A stretch of DNA of 18,574 bases from a virus (Duplodnaviria > Heunggongvirae > Uroviricota > Caudoviricetes): positions 1 to 18,574 of IMG/VR virus record IMGVR_UViG_2802429219_000011; one strand, given 5' to 3'. Position numbers and translations under genes: made by a program. The notes under the pieces were generated by a model. The model searched no databases. It was given only the letters and a program-made list of their open reading frames with translations, and was not told where the DNA came from. Of this stretch, positions 1 through 7,767 are shown piece after piece; position 1 is the stretch's first letter; each line of letters opens with the position of its first letter.

Positions 1-451
<451 letters not shown>

Positions 452-720
452 GGTGCACCATCAAACTCTGTATGCTTTACCAGCCAGGATGCCAGAACCT
501 CTGCGCCCAGCACGCCGATAATGAACGACACCAGAAAATGCGCTGCCACACGCCAGGCTGAAAGCGCCTGCGGCATCGTTGCCACAAATAACGCCCCGGC
601 GAACGCACCAAACACAATCCCGAAATCCGTTCCGGTAAACAGCCCGAATACCGTCGCCCCGCCGAGCGCCGCAGCCGTGCCGGAACCGGATAAGGGTTCA
701 GACATACTTTTTCTCCTGTA

Positions 721-745
721 AATAAAAAAGGGCCACCAGCGGCCC
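721..745 (-). terminator. Intrinsic terminator closing the TerB-like moron
   Basis: GGGCC(730-734)-ACCAGC-GGCCC(741-745) hairpin, followed on the minus strand by UUUUUUAUU (complement of 721-729). Confidence 0.45.
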
Positions 746-797
746 GTAAAAAAACAACACCCCGTCAAAGGCACCCGCAGATGCCTTTTGTGTGATG

Positions 798-950
798 TTA
801 TTCAGATTTATGCAGTAAAGGCCGGAGCACGACCAGCGCCATCGCCACCAGCACACCATCTGCCAGCACCGACATCAGCCGTCCGGTGAAATCCACCGCC
901 ACTACCAGAAACAGCAGGATGGCAGCCAGCACAAGGCGCGCACTTTTCAC
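798..950 (-). CDS. Small hydrophobic protein (50 aa, GTG start overlapping the upstream stop)
   Basis: GTG at 950-948 overlaps the TerB-like stop (GTGA). Product VKSARLVLAAILLFLVVAVDFTGRLMSVLADGVLVAMALVVLRPLLHKSE is almost entirely hydrophobic. Below the ORF-track length cutoff; no independent SD. Confidence 0.3.
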   Translation of the reverse strand: MKSARLVLAAILLFLVVAVDFTGRLMSVLADGVLVAMALVVLRPLLHKSE

Positions 951-1372
951 AGGTACTGCTCCAGCGGTAGCTGAAGCGCCTGAGCAATTTTCTTGAGCTG
1001 TGCTTCTTCATCCGGACCAATGCCATCCTGGTCAGCGATATCCAGACACAGGCACAGCACATTAACTGCATCGTCTGTTCCTGCCACGTCAGCCAACTGA
1101 CGAAGGGCTTCAGCATTGGCAGAGCGCGGCGACGCTTCATAACGGGCGCGGATATTTGCACTCATTTGTGCAATCTCACCGGAGAACGGCGCAAAAGCAG
1201 GAAGTGCTGCAATGGTTTTCTCCAGCACCGCGATTTCTTTCGCGTCACAGGTGCCGTCAGCGTATGCAATGGAATACGCGCCCCAGACGGTCGCCTCCAC
1301 TGCATCGCGGTTCTCCATTTTCTTTACTTCAGTAATGGCCTTGCGGGTTTTCTTTTTGAAAATACCAAACAT
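947..1372 (-). CDS. TerB-like domain protein (tellurite-resistance TerB / DjlA-N-like fold), prophage moron
   Basis: ATG at 1372-1370 with AAGGAAAAG upstream. 141 aa with two ADG...D..E...L-type motifs (AYADGTCDAKEIAVLEKTI and DIADQDGIGPDEEAQLKKIAQAL) typical of TerB-family proteins. Family call is from motif recall only. Confidence 0.55.
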   Translation of the reverse strand: MFGIFKKKTRKAITEVKKMENRDAVEATVWGAYSIAYADGTCDAKEIAVLEKTIAALPAFAPFSGEIAQMSANIRARYEASPRSANAEALRQLADVAGTDDAVNVLCLCLDIADQDGIGPDEEAQLKKIAQALQLPLEQYL

Positions 1373-1620
1373 CGTGACTTTTCCTTTTAGTGGGTGAGCC
1401 TGCGCCCGGAGGGTGACCAGCCCACAGAGAAAGTCACACTGACCATCCCGTAAGCTCACCCCTGAAAGGCTCTGTGGTTTTTGATGTGCGCCGGGCGCGG
1501 CGCGAAGAAATGAAATAAGACTTACCTGAAATTAAGGTTAATCTGAGGATTTAAACCATTTTTAAAGCTTAGTAATATCAACTCGTCTCCTGTAGGAGGC
1601 TGATACTTATTATTCTTCAT

Positions 1621-1734
1621 GGACTTTGTCCCGCGGCTTTAATCCGACAGCCGCGCCATTTTTTCACCCTCTCGCAAATTGCTATCTAAAGGACTTTGTC
1701 CCACGAGTATTCCAGGATGCTCGTGTATTTTTTT
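1621..1734 (+). repeat. Two tandem units of a 12-bp motif (GGACTTTGTCCC), each followed by a hairpin and T-tract (terminator-like on the plus strand)
   Basis: Unit 1: GGACTTTGTCCC 1621-1632, hairpin GCGGCT/AGCCGC 1633-1654, T6 at 1659-1664. Unit 2: GGACTTTGTCCC 1691-1702, hairpin ACGAG/CTCGT 1703-1724, T7 at 1728-1734. Confidence 0.5.
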
Positions 1735-1749
1735 GTTTGATGCAGGAAT

Positions 1750-1773
1750 AAAAAAAACCGCCTGGTACGGCGG
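1750..1773 (-). terminator. Intrinsic terminator downstream of the tRNA pair
   Basis: CCGCC(1758-1762)-TGGTAC-GGCGG(1769-1773) hairpin, followed on the minus strand by a U8 run (complement of A-run 1750-1757). Confidence 0.5.
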
Positions 1774-2041
1774 TTAAGGATGTATTACCAGATTTTGATT
1801 AGTATATGATTAATCTCAATGTCACGTTTAGCGATGTTTACAACATCGGGATGATGCATCACCGACCCTGCCAGAGATATTGCAAATCTCTACCAATGAT
1901 GCACCATTCCGATGGTGTAAAAAAATAGCACTGGACTGCAATTGGTATCACTCATTACAGAACGGGACGTGGATAAAGAGGCCAAAAACCATCCCCACAT
2001 ATATAATGTGTCAGTGCATAACACAATCTCGCCTTACTACT

Positions 2042-2117
<76 letters not shown>

Positions 2118-2120
2118 ATA

Positions 2121-2196
<76 letters not shown>

Positions 2197-2258
2197 ACTG
2201 GTTCCTCAAGAGAAATAAAAATGACCGCGCTTTACATCCCCTTCGGAACCGGAGACCG

Positions 2259-2286
2259 ATATTAATAATACCAGCTCTCTTTTCAA
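2259..2286 (-). promoter_or_regulatory. Candidate sigma70 promoter for the tRNA pair
   Basis: On the minus strand TTGAAA (2286-2281), 16-nt spacer, TAATAT (2264-2259), followed by a GC-rich stretch, about 60 nt upstream of tRNA-Thr. Confidence 0.4.
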
Positions 2287-2432
2287 TGGAAAATCACATC
2301 AAGATTTGTAAATATACATATATGTTTTTATTTTTTATGAAATAAAGAAATTATTAAATGCATATTTAACGATTGTTTTTTATCTCAGTTACAATCTGAT
2401 TAATTTTTTCTTCCACACCATTTTGCGGACAT

Positions 2433-2459
2433 AAAAAAACCCGCTCGGCAGCGGGTTTT
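2433..2459 (-). terminator. Intrinsic terminator just downstream of the putative Q gene (tR'-like)
   Basis: CCCGCT(2440-2445)-CGGC-AGCGGG(2450-2455) hairpin, followed on the minus strand by U7 (complement of A-run 2433-2439). Confidence 0.5.
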
Positions 2460-2509
2460 GCTTGCTTTGCCATCATGTACAAAATCGGCAAAATATCAGA
2501 TTTGCACGA

Positions 2510-2538
2510 AATATATGCCTTTTAATCTACTTTTGCAA
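2510..2538 (-). promoter_or_regulatory. Candidate late promoter (pR'-like) overlapping the 3' end of the putative Q gene
   Basis: On the minus strand TTGCAA (2538-2533), 17-nt spacer, TATATT (2515-2510), about 50-70 nt upstream of the tR'-like terminator, mirroring the lambda pR'-6S-tR' arrangement. Confidence 0.35.
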
Positions 2539-3211
2539 CACTTTGCTTTGAAAATGCCGCCTTTTGTTCTGAGCGTGTTCTCATCACAAACAATAAAGCC
2601 TCACTATCCAGACGGTGGAAAATGTGTTTCATTGCAACCCAGTGACCAGTAAATGTTTTGGACCAGTTTTTTGTTGTTACTCCCGCCAGTAATGCCAGTT
2701 CCTGATATTCATAAGTTTCACGCCCAGCCAGCTCACTCTTCACATCCTGTGCCGCCAGCCAGATTAATTTTTTCAGGCGCTCCAGCGTTTTCCCTGCAAT
2801 TTTTCTGGTACCGGATTGGGCGTTAAATTCATTCCACACCCACTGTGTTATCGCAATCTGGTGTTCCCAGCAAATGCTGCCGCTGTAACACCACAGCAAC
2901 CAGGCTTTATGGTGCTCTTCAAGAGACAGAACTGCCCGTCGCCATGATGATGTCGAAAACTCAACCTGACTTACCAGAGGAATTGACGTCCCCTTTGCCA
3001 GCGATTGTTTCCCCGGGATTGGTGGATTATCCCGCGTGACCATTTTTCCAGTCACTTCATCGCGGTACCGGATTTTTTTACGCCTGTAACGCCCTGTATC
3101 GAACATGGCATTCTCCAGCCAGGCTTCAAGCTGGCCTTTTGTTGCCCCACTCAAATCGGCGGTGGCGATAATGAGCTGCTCACGAACAAACTGTAAATAC
3201 TGGTTATTCAT
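2522..3211 (-). CDS. Putative late-gene antiterminator Q (positional call; family not confirmed)
   Basis: ATG at 3211-3209 overlaps the rusA stop (ATGA). 229 aa, lying between rusA and the pR'/tR'-like elements and tRNAs, exactly where lambdoid Q sits. No Cys4 zinc motif is visible, so it is not lambda-type Q; the family is uncertain. Confidence 0.45.
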   Translation of the reverse strand: MNNQYLQFVREQLIIATADLSGATKGQLEAWLENAMFDTGRYRRKKIRYRDEVTGKMVTRDNPPIPGKQSLAKGTSIPLVSQVEFSTSSWRRAVLSLEEHHKAWLLWCYSGSICWEHQIAITQWVWNEFNAQSGTRKIAGKTLERLKKLIWLAAQDVKSELAGRETYEYQELALLAGVTTKNWSKTFTGHWVAMKHIFHRLDSEALLFVMRTRSEQKAAFSKQSVAKVD

Positions 3212-3567
3212 GCGCACTCCAGTTCTGTGATTTTTATCCCCAACCGACCACCAGGAACAGGCAGACCGCGCACAATATTAATTTCATCAAACTGCTCGTC
3301 GTCTATGAGTAGTCCCGCATGCGTCAGCGCATCCAGTAGTGCTTTCAGGATATTGTCCAAGTCACGACGGCGCTTATCCGGTGGCTCTGCAATAATCTTT
3401 ATCGCCAGCCTTCCGGACAGGTTTAATTTCAGTCGCTGCTGGCGAACAATAAGTGCCACATCCCGGCGATAACGCTCACCGGCTTTTGATACAAAATATG
3501 TGCTGCCACGACGTCGCCAGTAGGTGTTCACCGTCGGTGGGTAAGGCAAAACAAACTCTATACGCAT
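3208..3567 (-). CDS. rusA: RusA-family Holliday junction resolvase
   Basis: ATG at 3567-3565 with AGAGG upstream. Product contains PPTVNTYWRRRG ... PDKRRRDLDNILKALLDALTHAGLLIDDEQ ... GGRLGIKI, matching the RusA motifs (PPSNNRYY, DRRRRDLDN, DDAQ) of E. coli RusA. Confidence 0.85.
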   Translation of the reverse strand: MRIEFVLPYPPTVNTYWRRRGSTYFVSKAGERYRRDVALIVRQQRLKLNLSGRLAIKIIAEPPDKRRRDLDNILKALLDALTHAGLLIDDEQFDEINIVRGLPVPGGRLGIKITELECA

Positions 3568-3579
3568 CAGTAACCTCTT

Positions 3580-4635
3580 TTACCCGAGCACGCCGGTTGC
3601 AAAGGCGTGATCAAGAAAACGAAAAATTAAATCAACCTGGGAACCATGCTTTTCTTCGAACGCCAGCGGATCCGCATGAAGCTCGTTGTGATGCTCCCGA
3701 CACAGCGGTAGTGTGAAAATATCGTGGGATTTTGTTCCCATTCCGCCCTGACCATGACCAATCAGGTGATGGGGATCGTCGGCTGGCTTACCACAACACG
3801 CGCACGGCTGTGTCTTTACCCAGCGCGTGTATTTCTCGTTAACCCAGCGGCGACGTTTAGGTCGTTTCATGAAAGATTCCGGAGACTCCGGATCAACGGC
3901 AATGCTGACCACTGTCTTTTCCTGTGGTGGGTTCTGTTGCTGGTGCTGGTGGACGTGAGGCGGTAGCGCAATATTTTTTGTACGCTGCTTCAGTATACTG
4001 GTGGCGGTCTGTTCTCCCGGTATGATGTCGCTTTCGCGGTACACAGAGCGGATTTTTTCCTCTCGTACCCCCAGAGAGCGACGTAATACTGCCTCCGGTA
4101 GTGCGTCCGCCACCTGATTGCAGACCGCCCACCAAGATAATTCAGCCAGCGATAATTCCCGCTCCTGCGCACCGCTTATTGCGTGACGGATGACGTCAAT
4201 CATCCATGCTGTCAGGTTTTGTTGAGCAAGTTGCTCAAGTGATTCTGAGGTCTGGTCACGCAGTTGGTTGTCGCAGTGCCAGCACAACACCATCGCGCCG
4301 GTACCGTAACGATGTATGACGGTTTCGCTGTGATGGTAGTCACCATGAGGCCACTGGCAGGATTTAACATGACGCAGGAGCCAGTCAGACAGTGCACCAG
4401 CGCCGCCGGCAGCACGAATCACCCGCTCATCGCTGAAAAATGGCAGTAATGATTTATCCTCCGCCAACGGCTGGCGAACGGCAGGAGCAACTCCGGACGG
4501 CAGCCCGCGCATGCTTTTCGGTTCAGGCTCCACCAGCACACGCCCCTGCATAAACAAAGGCATCGCATCAGGACCGGGCCTGAAAAGTACAATCCCCAGG
4601 CGGTGAGCAATTTCAGGAGTCACTAATACCCTCAC
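3580..4635 (-). CDS. DUF968-type lambdoid prophage protein (YdfU-like) with a C-terminal HNH-like motif
   Basis: GTG start at 4635 immediately after the upstream stop (internal ATG alternatives exist). C-terminus PCACCGKPADDPHHLIGHGQGG ... LCREHHNELHA has a Cys pair plus HH...N...H spacing as in HNH-type zinc-binding nucleases. N-terminus resembles Qin YdfU as I recall it. Confidence 0.65.
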   Translation of the reverse strand: MRVLVTPEIAHRLGIVLFRPGPDAMPLFMQGRVLVEPEPKSMRGLPSGVAPAVRQPLAEDKSLLPFFSDERVIRAAGGAGALSDWLLRHVKSCQWPHGDYHHSETVIHRYGTGAMVLCWHCDNQLRDQTSESLEQLAQQNLTAWMIDVIRHAISGAQERELSLAELSWWAVCNQVADALPEAVLRRSLGVREEKIRSVYRESDIIPGEQTATSILKQRTKNIALPPHVHQHQQQNPPQEKTVVSIAVDPESPESFMKRPKRRRWVNEKYTRWVKTQPCACCGKPADDPHHLIGHGQGGMGTKSHDIFTLPLCREHHNELHADPLAFEEKHGSQVDLIFRFLDHAFATGVLG

Positions 4636-4636
4636 G

Positions 4637-4909
4637 TTACCTCCAGATGCGTTGCTGGAATGTGCGGGACGGACGCGGTGGGCGCTCGGAGTACGGCAGC
4701 CTGACGTAGATTATCCAGTGACGATAATCGAGGCTGAGGGCTTTCTTAATCTCGTATCCACGTCTGCGGTAGTTATGAATCAGCCATTCGGCCTGTTCTG
4801 CAGTGCATGGGTCATGCTGGTACCAGTCATATTTGAATGCATGAGAACGCCGATCGTGCCTGCTGGCACGATCGGTATCAGAATTGTGTAATTTGGTCTT
4901 GTGCGCCAT
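4637..4909 (-). CDS. Small basic hypothetical protein (Rem-like by position only)
   Basis: ATG at 4909-4907; stop lies 1 nt before the DUF968 GTG, suggesting translational coupling. 90 aa, Arg/His-rich; no motif recognised. Confidence 0.45.
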   Translation of the reverse strand: MAHKTKLHNSDTDRASRHDRRSHAFKYDWYQHDPCTAEQAEWLIHNYRRRGYEIKKALSLDYRHWIIYVRLPYSERPPRPSRTFQQRIWR

Positions 4910-5014
4910 CTGTTTTCTCTGCTGGCGCAGCAGGTGCCAGTTGTTCAGGCTGGCATGTGAATTGTAAACCAGAACACAGGAATAACACAAAGCCCACATC
5001 GGCGGGCTTGATTA

Positions 5015-5443
5015 TTAAGCTGAGTCCGGCGAATACCAGGGGAAATAAATATCGCTTAACGACGTGTGCTTAAGAACAGAGTCCACCGCCAATTTTAACG
5101 TCAACGACATGAAATTCTCAAAATACCATGAATTTTTCACAAAGAATTTTTCATCGATCAACTCTCCATTCATGATATCAAAGTCCGTAATCAGCTCCAT
5201 CTTTAGCTCAAAAGAGGGTTCTTCATCCCCGGCACCATCTCTATCGGGATACCCTTTTATCGATGGCGAAAATCCAATCCGGAACCAACAAGTACCATCA
5301 TCATCGCGCCCCGAAGAAAATTTAACTTCCTCGATCGAGACCTTAAAAAACCCTCCATCATCACTAGTGTTATCCTTGAAACTACTGGAAACAATATCGA
5401 AACCAGCATACTTAATATTTTGTAACATCAGTGACGCATCCAT
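5015..5443 (-). CDS. Acidic hypothetical protein (orf142), third gene of the hicAB block
   Basis: ATG at 5443 (AGAGG 11 nt upstream), or ATG at 5428-5426 overlapping the hicB stop (TGATG). Asp/Glu-rich with no motif I recognise. Lies in a visibly AT-rich stretch. An antisense ORF (5064-5489 +) also exists, so strand assignment rests on operon context. Confidence 0.45.
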   Translation of the reverse strand: MDASLMLQNIKYAGFDIVSSSFKDNTSDDGGFFKVSIEEVKFSSGRDDDGTCWFRIGFSPSIKGYPDRDGAGDEEPSFELKMELITDFDIMNGELIDEKFFVKNSWYFENFMSLTLKLAVDSVLKHTSLSDIYFPWYSPDSA

Positions 5444-5904
5444 CGCTCACCAGCCTCTTTCTTTTTTGTTCTTGCTGAAGGGGAAATGACATAACCAAAA
5501 GAGAATGCTTTTTCCCAAACGAATGTATCTGTCGTTTCTTCGCTTTCCGAATGAGAATGAACTTCTTTTTTGTCAGCAATCTTTTCTTCGATAGCTTTAC
5601 GCACATAATCATTAAGCGTCGTCTTATCCGCCATTGCAGCCAAAAACGCTTTCTTATGAAGATCGCGACCAATTCTGATGTTAAAAGTACCACTCATTGG
5701 TTTATCAGGAGATTTCCCTAACTGCTTGCATGTGTCGAGATAATCTGTAACAGCTTCTTCAAAAGCCGCCCTTAACCCATCCAGTGTTTCCGCTTCGTAG
5801 GTTACAACATCGTTTACGCACTGAATTTTCCCATGAAGTATGTTATCTTCAAGTGAAACCTCAATGCTGCCAAAATAACCTTTATAACTCAGCACATTAC
5901 TCAT
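5428..5904 (-). CDS. hicB: HicB-family antitoxin (HicB N-domain plus RHH-like segment) with an unusual ~45-aa C-terminal extension
   Basis: ATG at 5904-5902 lies inside the last codons of hicA. Product begins MSNVLSYKGYFGSIEVS ... YEAETLDGLRAAFEEAVTDYLDTC ... KPMSGTFNIRIGRDLHKKA, the canonical HicB pattern (YKGY-GS ... P-KP-SG-F-R----LH-K). The ORF is also open from an upstream ATG at 5919. Confidence 0.75.
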   Translation of the reverse strand: MSNVLSYKGYFGSIEVSLEDNILHGKIQCVNDVVTYEAETLDGLRAAFEEAVTDYLDTCKQLGKSPDKPMSGTFNIRIGRDLHKKAFLAAMADKTTLNDYVRKAIEEKIADKKEVHSHSESEETTDTFVWEKAFSFGYVISPSARTKKKEAGERWMRH

Positions 5905-6145
5905 AACTATCAATCTCATCCAAAAGATTTTTCACTTCTTTAAGCACATATCCTTTAACAATATTGCCAGGATGTGGGCAATGAAAAGCCACAAGCCTTC
6001 CATTAGCATTGGTAAACTTCCTTCTTGAGCCTGAACCGGTAAGCATTTCGAAACCATAATGCCCAAGCAACGTCACGAGTTCATCCCATGTAAAATCCTT
6101 TGGAAGCTGATTCAGACGCCACCTCAACTTCTCTTTTTTGCTCAT
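5897..6145 (-). CDS. hicA: HicA-family mRNA interferase toxin
   Basis: ATG at 6145-6143. Product contains GFEMLTGSGSRRKFTNANGRLVAFHCPHPGNIVKGYVLKEVKNLL, matching the HicA/YcfA-like core (G-x-GS-x-R-x-F ... HxPHPG ... LL). Confidence 0.75.
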   Translation of the reverse strand: MSKKEKLRWRLNQLPKDFTWDELVTLLGHYGFEMLTGSGSRRKFTNANGRLVAFHCPHPGNIVKGYVLKEVKNLLDEIDSYE

Positions 6146-6171
6146 TTAAAGTATATCCCTTCCCCCACCAA

Positions 6172-6190
6172 TAGCAACTAACAATCAGTT
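6172..6190. promoter_or_regulatory. Palindrome upstream of hicA, candidate HicB operator
   Basis: GCAACT (6172-6177), 7-nt spacer, AGTTGC (6185-6190), about 30-45 nt upstream of the hicA start; RHH antitoxins usually bind such palindromes. Confidence 0.3.
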
Positions 6191-6373
6191 GCAAGCTCAT
6201 CGCAATAAAGAAGCATAAGAACCCTGTACCTAATTCATAACAACAGAAAACACATGCGAGCATGAAAATGTTACAATAATATTAAAGCCACTTGCTAGTA
6301 AGGTTAAGTGTGGGTGCGTTGAGGATGCCTGACACATCAGGGGTGGCGAGGGATTTCTCCCCCGCCGGGTCTC

Positions 6374-6529
6374 TTACTCCTCAGGTTCGTAAGCTGTGAA
6401 GACAGCGACCTCCGTCTGGCCGGTTCGGATTCGTACCTCGCAGAGGTCTTTCCTCGTTACCAGTGCCGTCACTATGACGGTTAAACAGATGACGATCAGG
6501 GCGATTAACATCGCCTTTTGCTGCTTCAT
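6374..6529 (-). CDS. hokD: Hok-family type I toxin (HokD/RelF-like)
   Basis: ATG at 6529-6527. Product MKQQKAMLIALIVICLTVIVTALVTRKDLCEVRIRTGQTEVAVFTAYEPEE: single TM helix plus the conserved Hok C-terminus (CE-R ... EVA-F-AYE). Matches my recollection of HokD. Confidence 0.85.
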   Translation of the reverse strand: MKQQKAMLIALIVICLTVIVTALVTRKDLCEVRIRTGQTEVAVFTAYEPEE

Positions 6530-6739
6530 AGCCTGCTTCTCCTTGCCTTTCGGCACGTAAGAGGCTAACCTACGTGTGCAAGTCATAGATATGGCCTCAG
6601 ATTAATGTTAAGCGTCTTGCAGGACGCGTAATGTTAACTGGGGCTTTTCTCTATCTGCCGTTGGTGTTCATGCCTGAGACAGATAGCCTCAAGCACCCGC
6701 AGCCATTCTACTTAACTATCCTTTTCCCGCAAATCGTTT

Positions 6740-6823
6740 TTATCCCCAGCGGCAAATCGAATACACCACCAGCGCCACCGCCAGTGCAATTCCTACCGTG
6801 GTGAATGCCTCAGGCCAGGTCAT
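6740..6823 (-). CDS. Candidate 27-aa hydrophobic peptide upstream of the hok leader
   Basis: ATG at 6823-6821 with a GGAGG Shine-Dalgarno 7 nt upstream. Product MTWPEAFTTVGIALAVALVVYSICRWG is a single predicted TM segment. Too short for the ORF track. Confidence 0.25.
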   Translation of the reverse strand: MTWPEAFTTVGIALAVALVVYSICRWG

Positions 6824-6910
6824 TGATTCACCTCCTGCGGTGGTTCCGGTAGCGGCATCCAGTGAGTTGAGCTCTCTACTTCGATGCCGTCTTTGTCCAC
6901 AAAAGCCATC

Positions 6911-7348
6911 TTATTCCCGCCACGAATGGGGCAAAAACACCTTATCCCAGGAACCGGGGAATACATTCCCGAGATCATCGCGAAGAATCACATCGCAGTA
7001 TTCCGCAGGAACTGCATCACTACAGCTTATCCAACCATCTGGAGCTACCGGCGCTGGTTGGGCTGTATAAAGCGGTGTTATATCTGCCCGAAGACCACAC
7101 GTCTCATACAATCGCACATACTGTTCAACTTCTGCTTTGTCAGAATACGTAACCGTAAACGTATCAAACTCATTGTCAATTCGAGTGAAAGTCACCTTCC
7201 ATGCCACCGGCTCTGCTTCCAGCGATGCCAGTGCAATTTTGAATAACTCACCCTCTACCTGTGCCATCCCTGAATTTGGGTGGCATTTCGCAATCGCTAT
7301 TTTTAATTTAGCTTCTTCGATTAATTGTTCTTTGGTTAATTCAGTCAT
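6911..7348 (-). CDS. Lambdoid early protein with a C-terminal DUF551-like segment
   Basis: ATG at 7348-7346 with AAGGA upstream. C-terminal PDGWISCSDAVPAEYCDVIL resembles the DUF551 W-I-S ... LP signature seen in many prophage proteins. Confidence 0.5.
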   Translation of the reverse strand: MTELTKEQLIEEAKLKIAIAKCHPNSGMAQVEGELFKIALASLEAEPVAWKVTFTRIDNEFDTFTVTYSDKAEVEQYVRLYETCGLRADITPLYTAQPAPVAPDGWISCSDAVPAEYCDVILRDDLGNVFPGSWDKVFLPHSWRE

Positions 7349-7349
7349 T

Positions 7350-7568
7350 TCAGTTTTCCTTATATGGATTAATTTTATTGTGTAGTGTGTTGAACGACGC
7401 CCATACCACGTCGTTATACAATTCAATAACTGGCTCAATTATTTTGCCGATTCCCCATACCAGAATTAACGGGGATATCGGTATCATCAACACGATAAAC
7501 AGAATGAGAAACAGGAATTCTGTTGCTCTGCTCTTTCGCGGATAATTTTTCCTGAATAGTGTAGTCAT
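7350..7568 (-). CDS. Small membrane protein (72 aa)
   Basis: ATG at 7568-7566 with GGAG upstream. Hydrophobic core FLFLILFIVLMIPISPLILVWGIG. Its stop lies 1 nt from the next start. Confidence 0.45.
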   Translation of the reverse strand: MTTLFRKNYPRKSRATEFLFLILFIVLMIPISPLILVWGIGKIIEPVIELYNDVVWASFNTLHNKINPYKEN

Positions 7569-7569
7569 A

Positions 7570-7767
7570 TCACTCCCATTTAATTTGCTTAGAACCGTGA
7601 TTTCTCCAGCGGTTTTGTGCCGCACTTCTACGTCGCCTGACACTGTAAAAATGCGTTGGTAACCACCTGGCAAGGCCAGAAGGCGCATAACGAACAACAA
7701 GTCGATTTGAGATGCGGATAAGCTGCCCGGGCTTTGCAGTAAGCAGTTTTGCTTTACGGTTTTTCAT
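7570..7767 (-). CDS. Small basic hypothetical protein (65 aa)
   Basis: ATG at 7767-7765 with AGGAG 9 nt upstream. Arg/Lys-rich. Start overlaps the stop of the upstream 54-aa ORF (ATGA). Confidence 0.45.
   Translation of the reverse strand: MKNRKAKLLTAKPGQLIRISNRLVVRYAPSGLARWLPTHFYSVRRRRSAAQNRWRNHGSKQIKWE

Noticed and set aside
768-790. Second hairpin (AAGGCA/TGCCTT) next to the TerB-moron terminator, considered as a plus-strand terminator
   Set aside because: Its T-tract is short and interrupted, and no plus-strand gene lies upstream; it is probably an accessory structure of the minus-strand terminator region.
521-1397. Plus-strand ORFs 521-721, 1166-1390 and 1212-1397, and minus-strand ORF 808-1161
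   Set aside because: These are alternative frames overlapping the holin-like and TerB-like genes; they lack SDs and coherent products.
1774-2041. Possible third tRNA in the trailer of the tRNA operon
   Set aside because: Several palindromes are present, but I could not build a cloverleaf with an acceptor stem, T-loop consensus and CCA end. It is kept only as a possible structured RNA within the tRNA finding.
2522-3211. Assignment of the 229-aa protein to the lambda Q family specifically
   Set aside because: It has no Cys4 zinc-binding motif and no resemblance to lambda Q or 82-type Q as I recall them. Only the positional call as a putative antiterminator is retained.
5064-5489. 141-aa plus-strand ORF antisense to orf142
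   Set aside because: Ser-rich and low-complexity with no SD, in an AT-rich stretch where both strands stay open. The minus-strand orf142 is preferred because of its stop/start coupling to hicB, but the strand call is not certain.
6798-7246. Plus-strand ORFs 6798-7070 and 6884-7246
   Set aside because: Antisense to the DUF551-like gene and the hok leader; they have no ribosome-binding sites.
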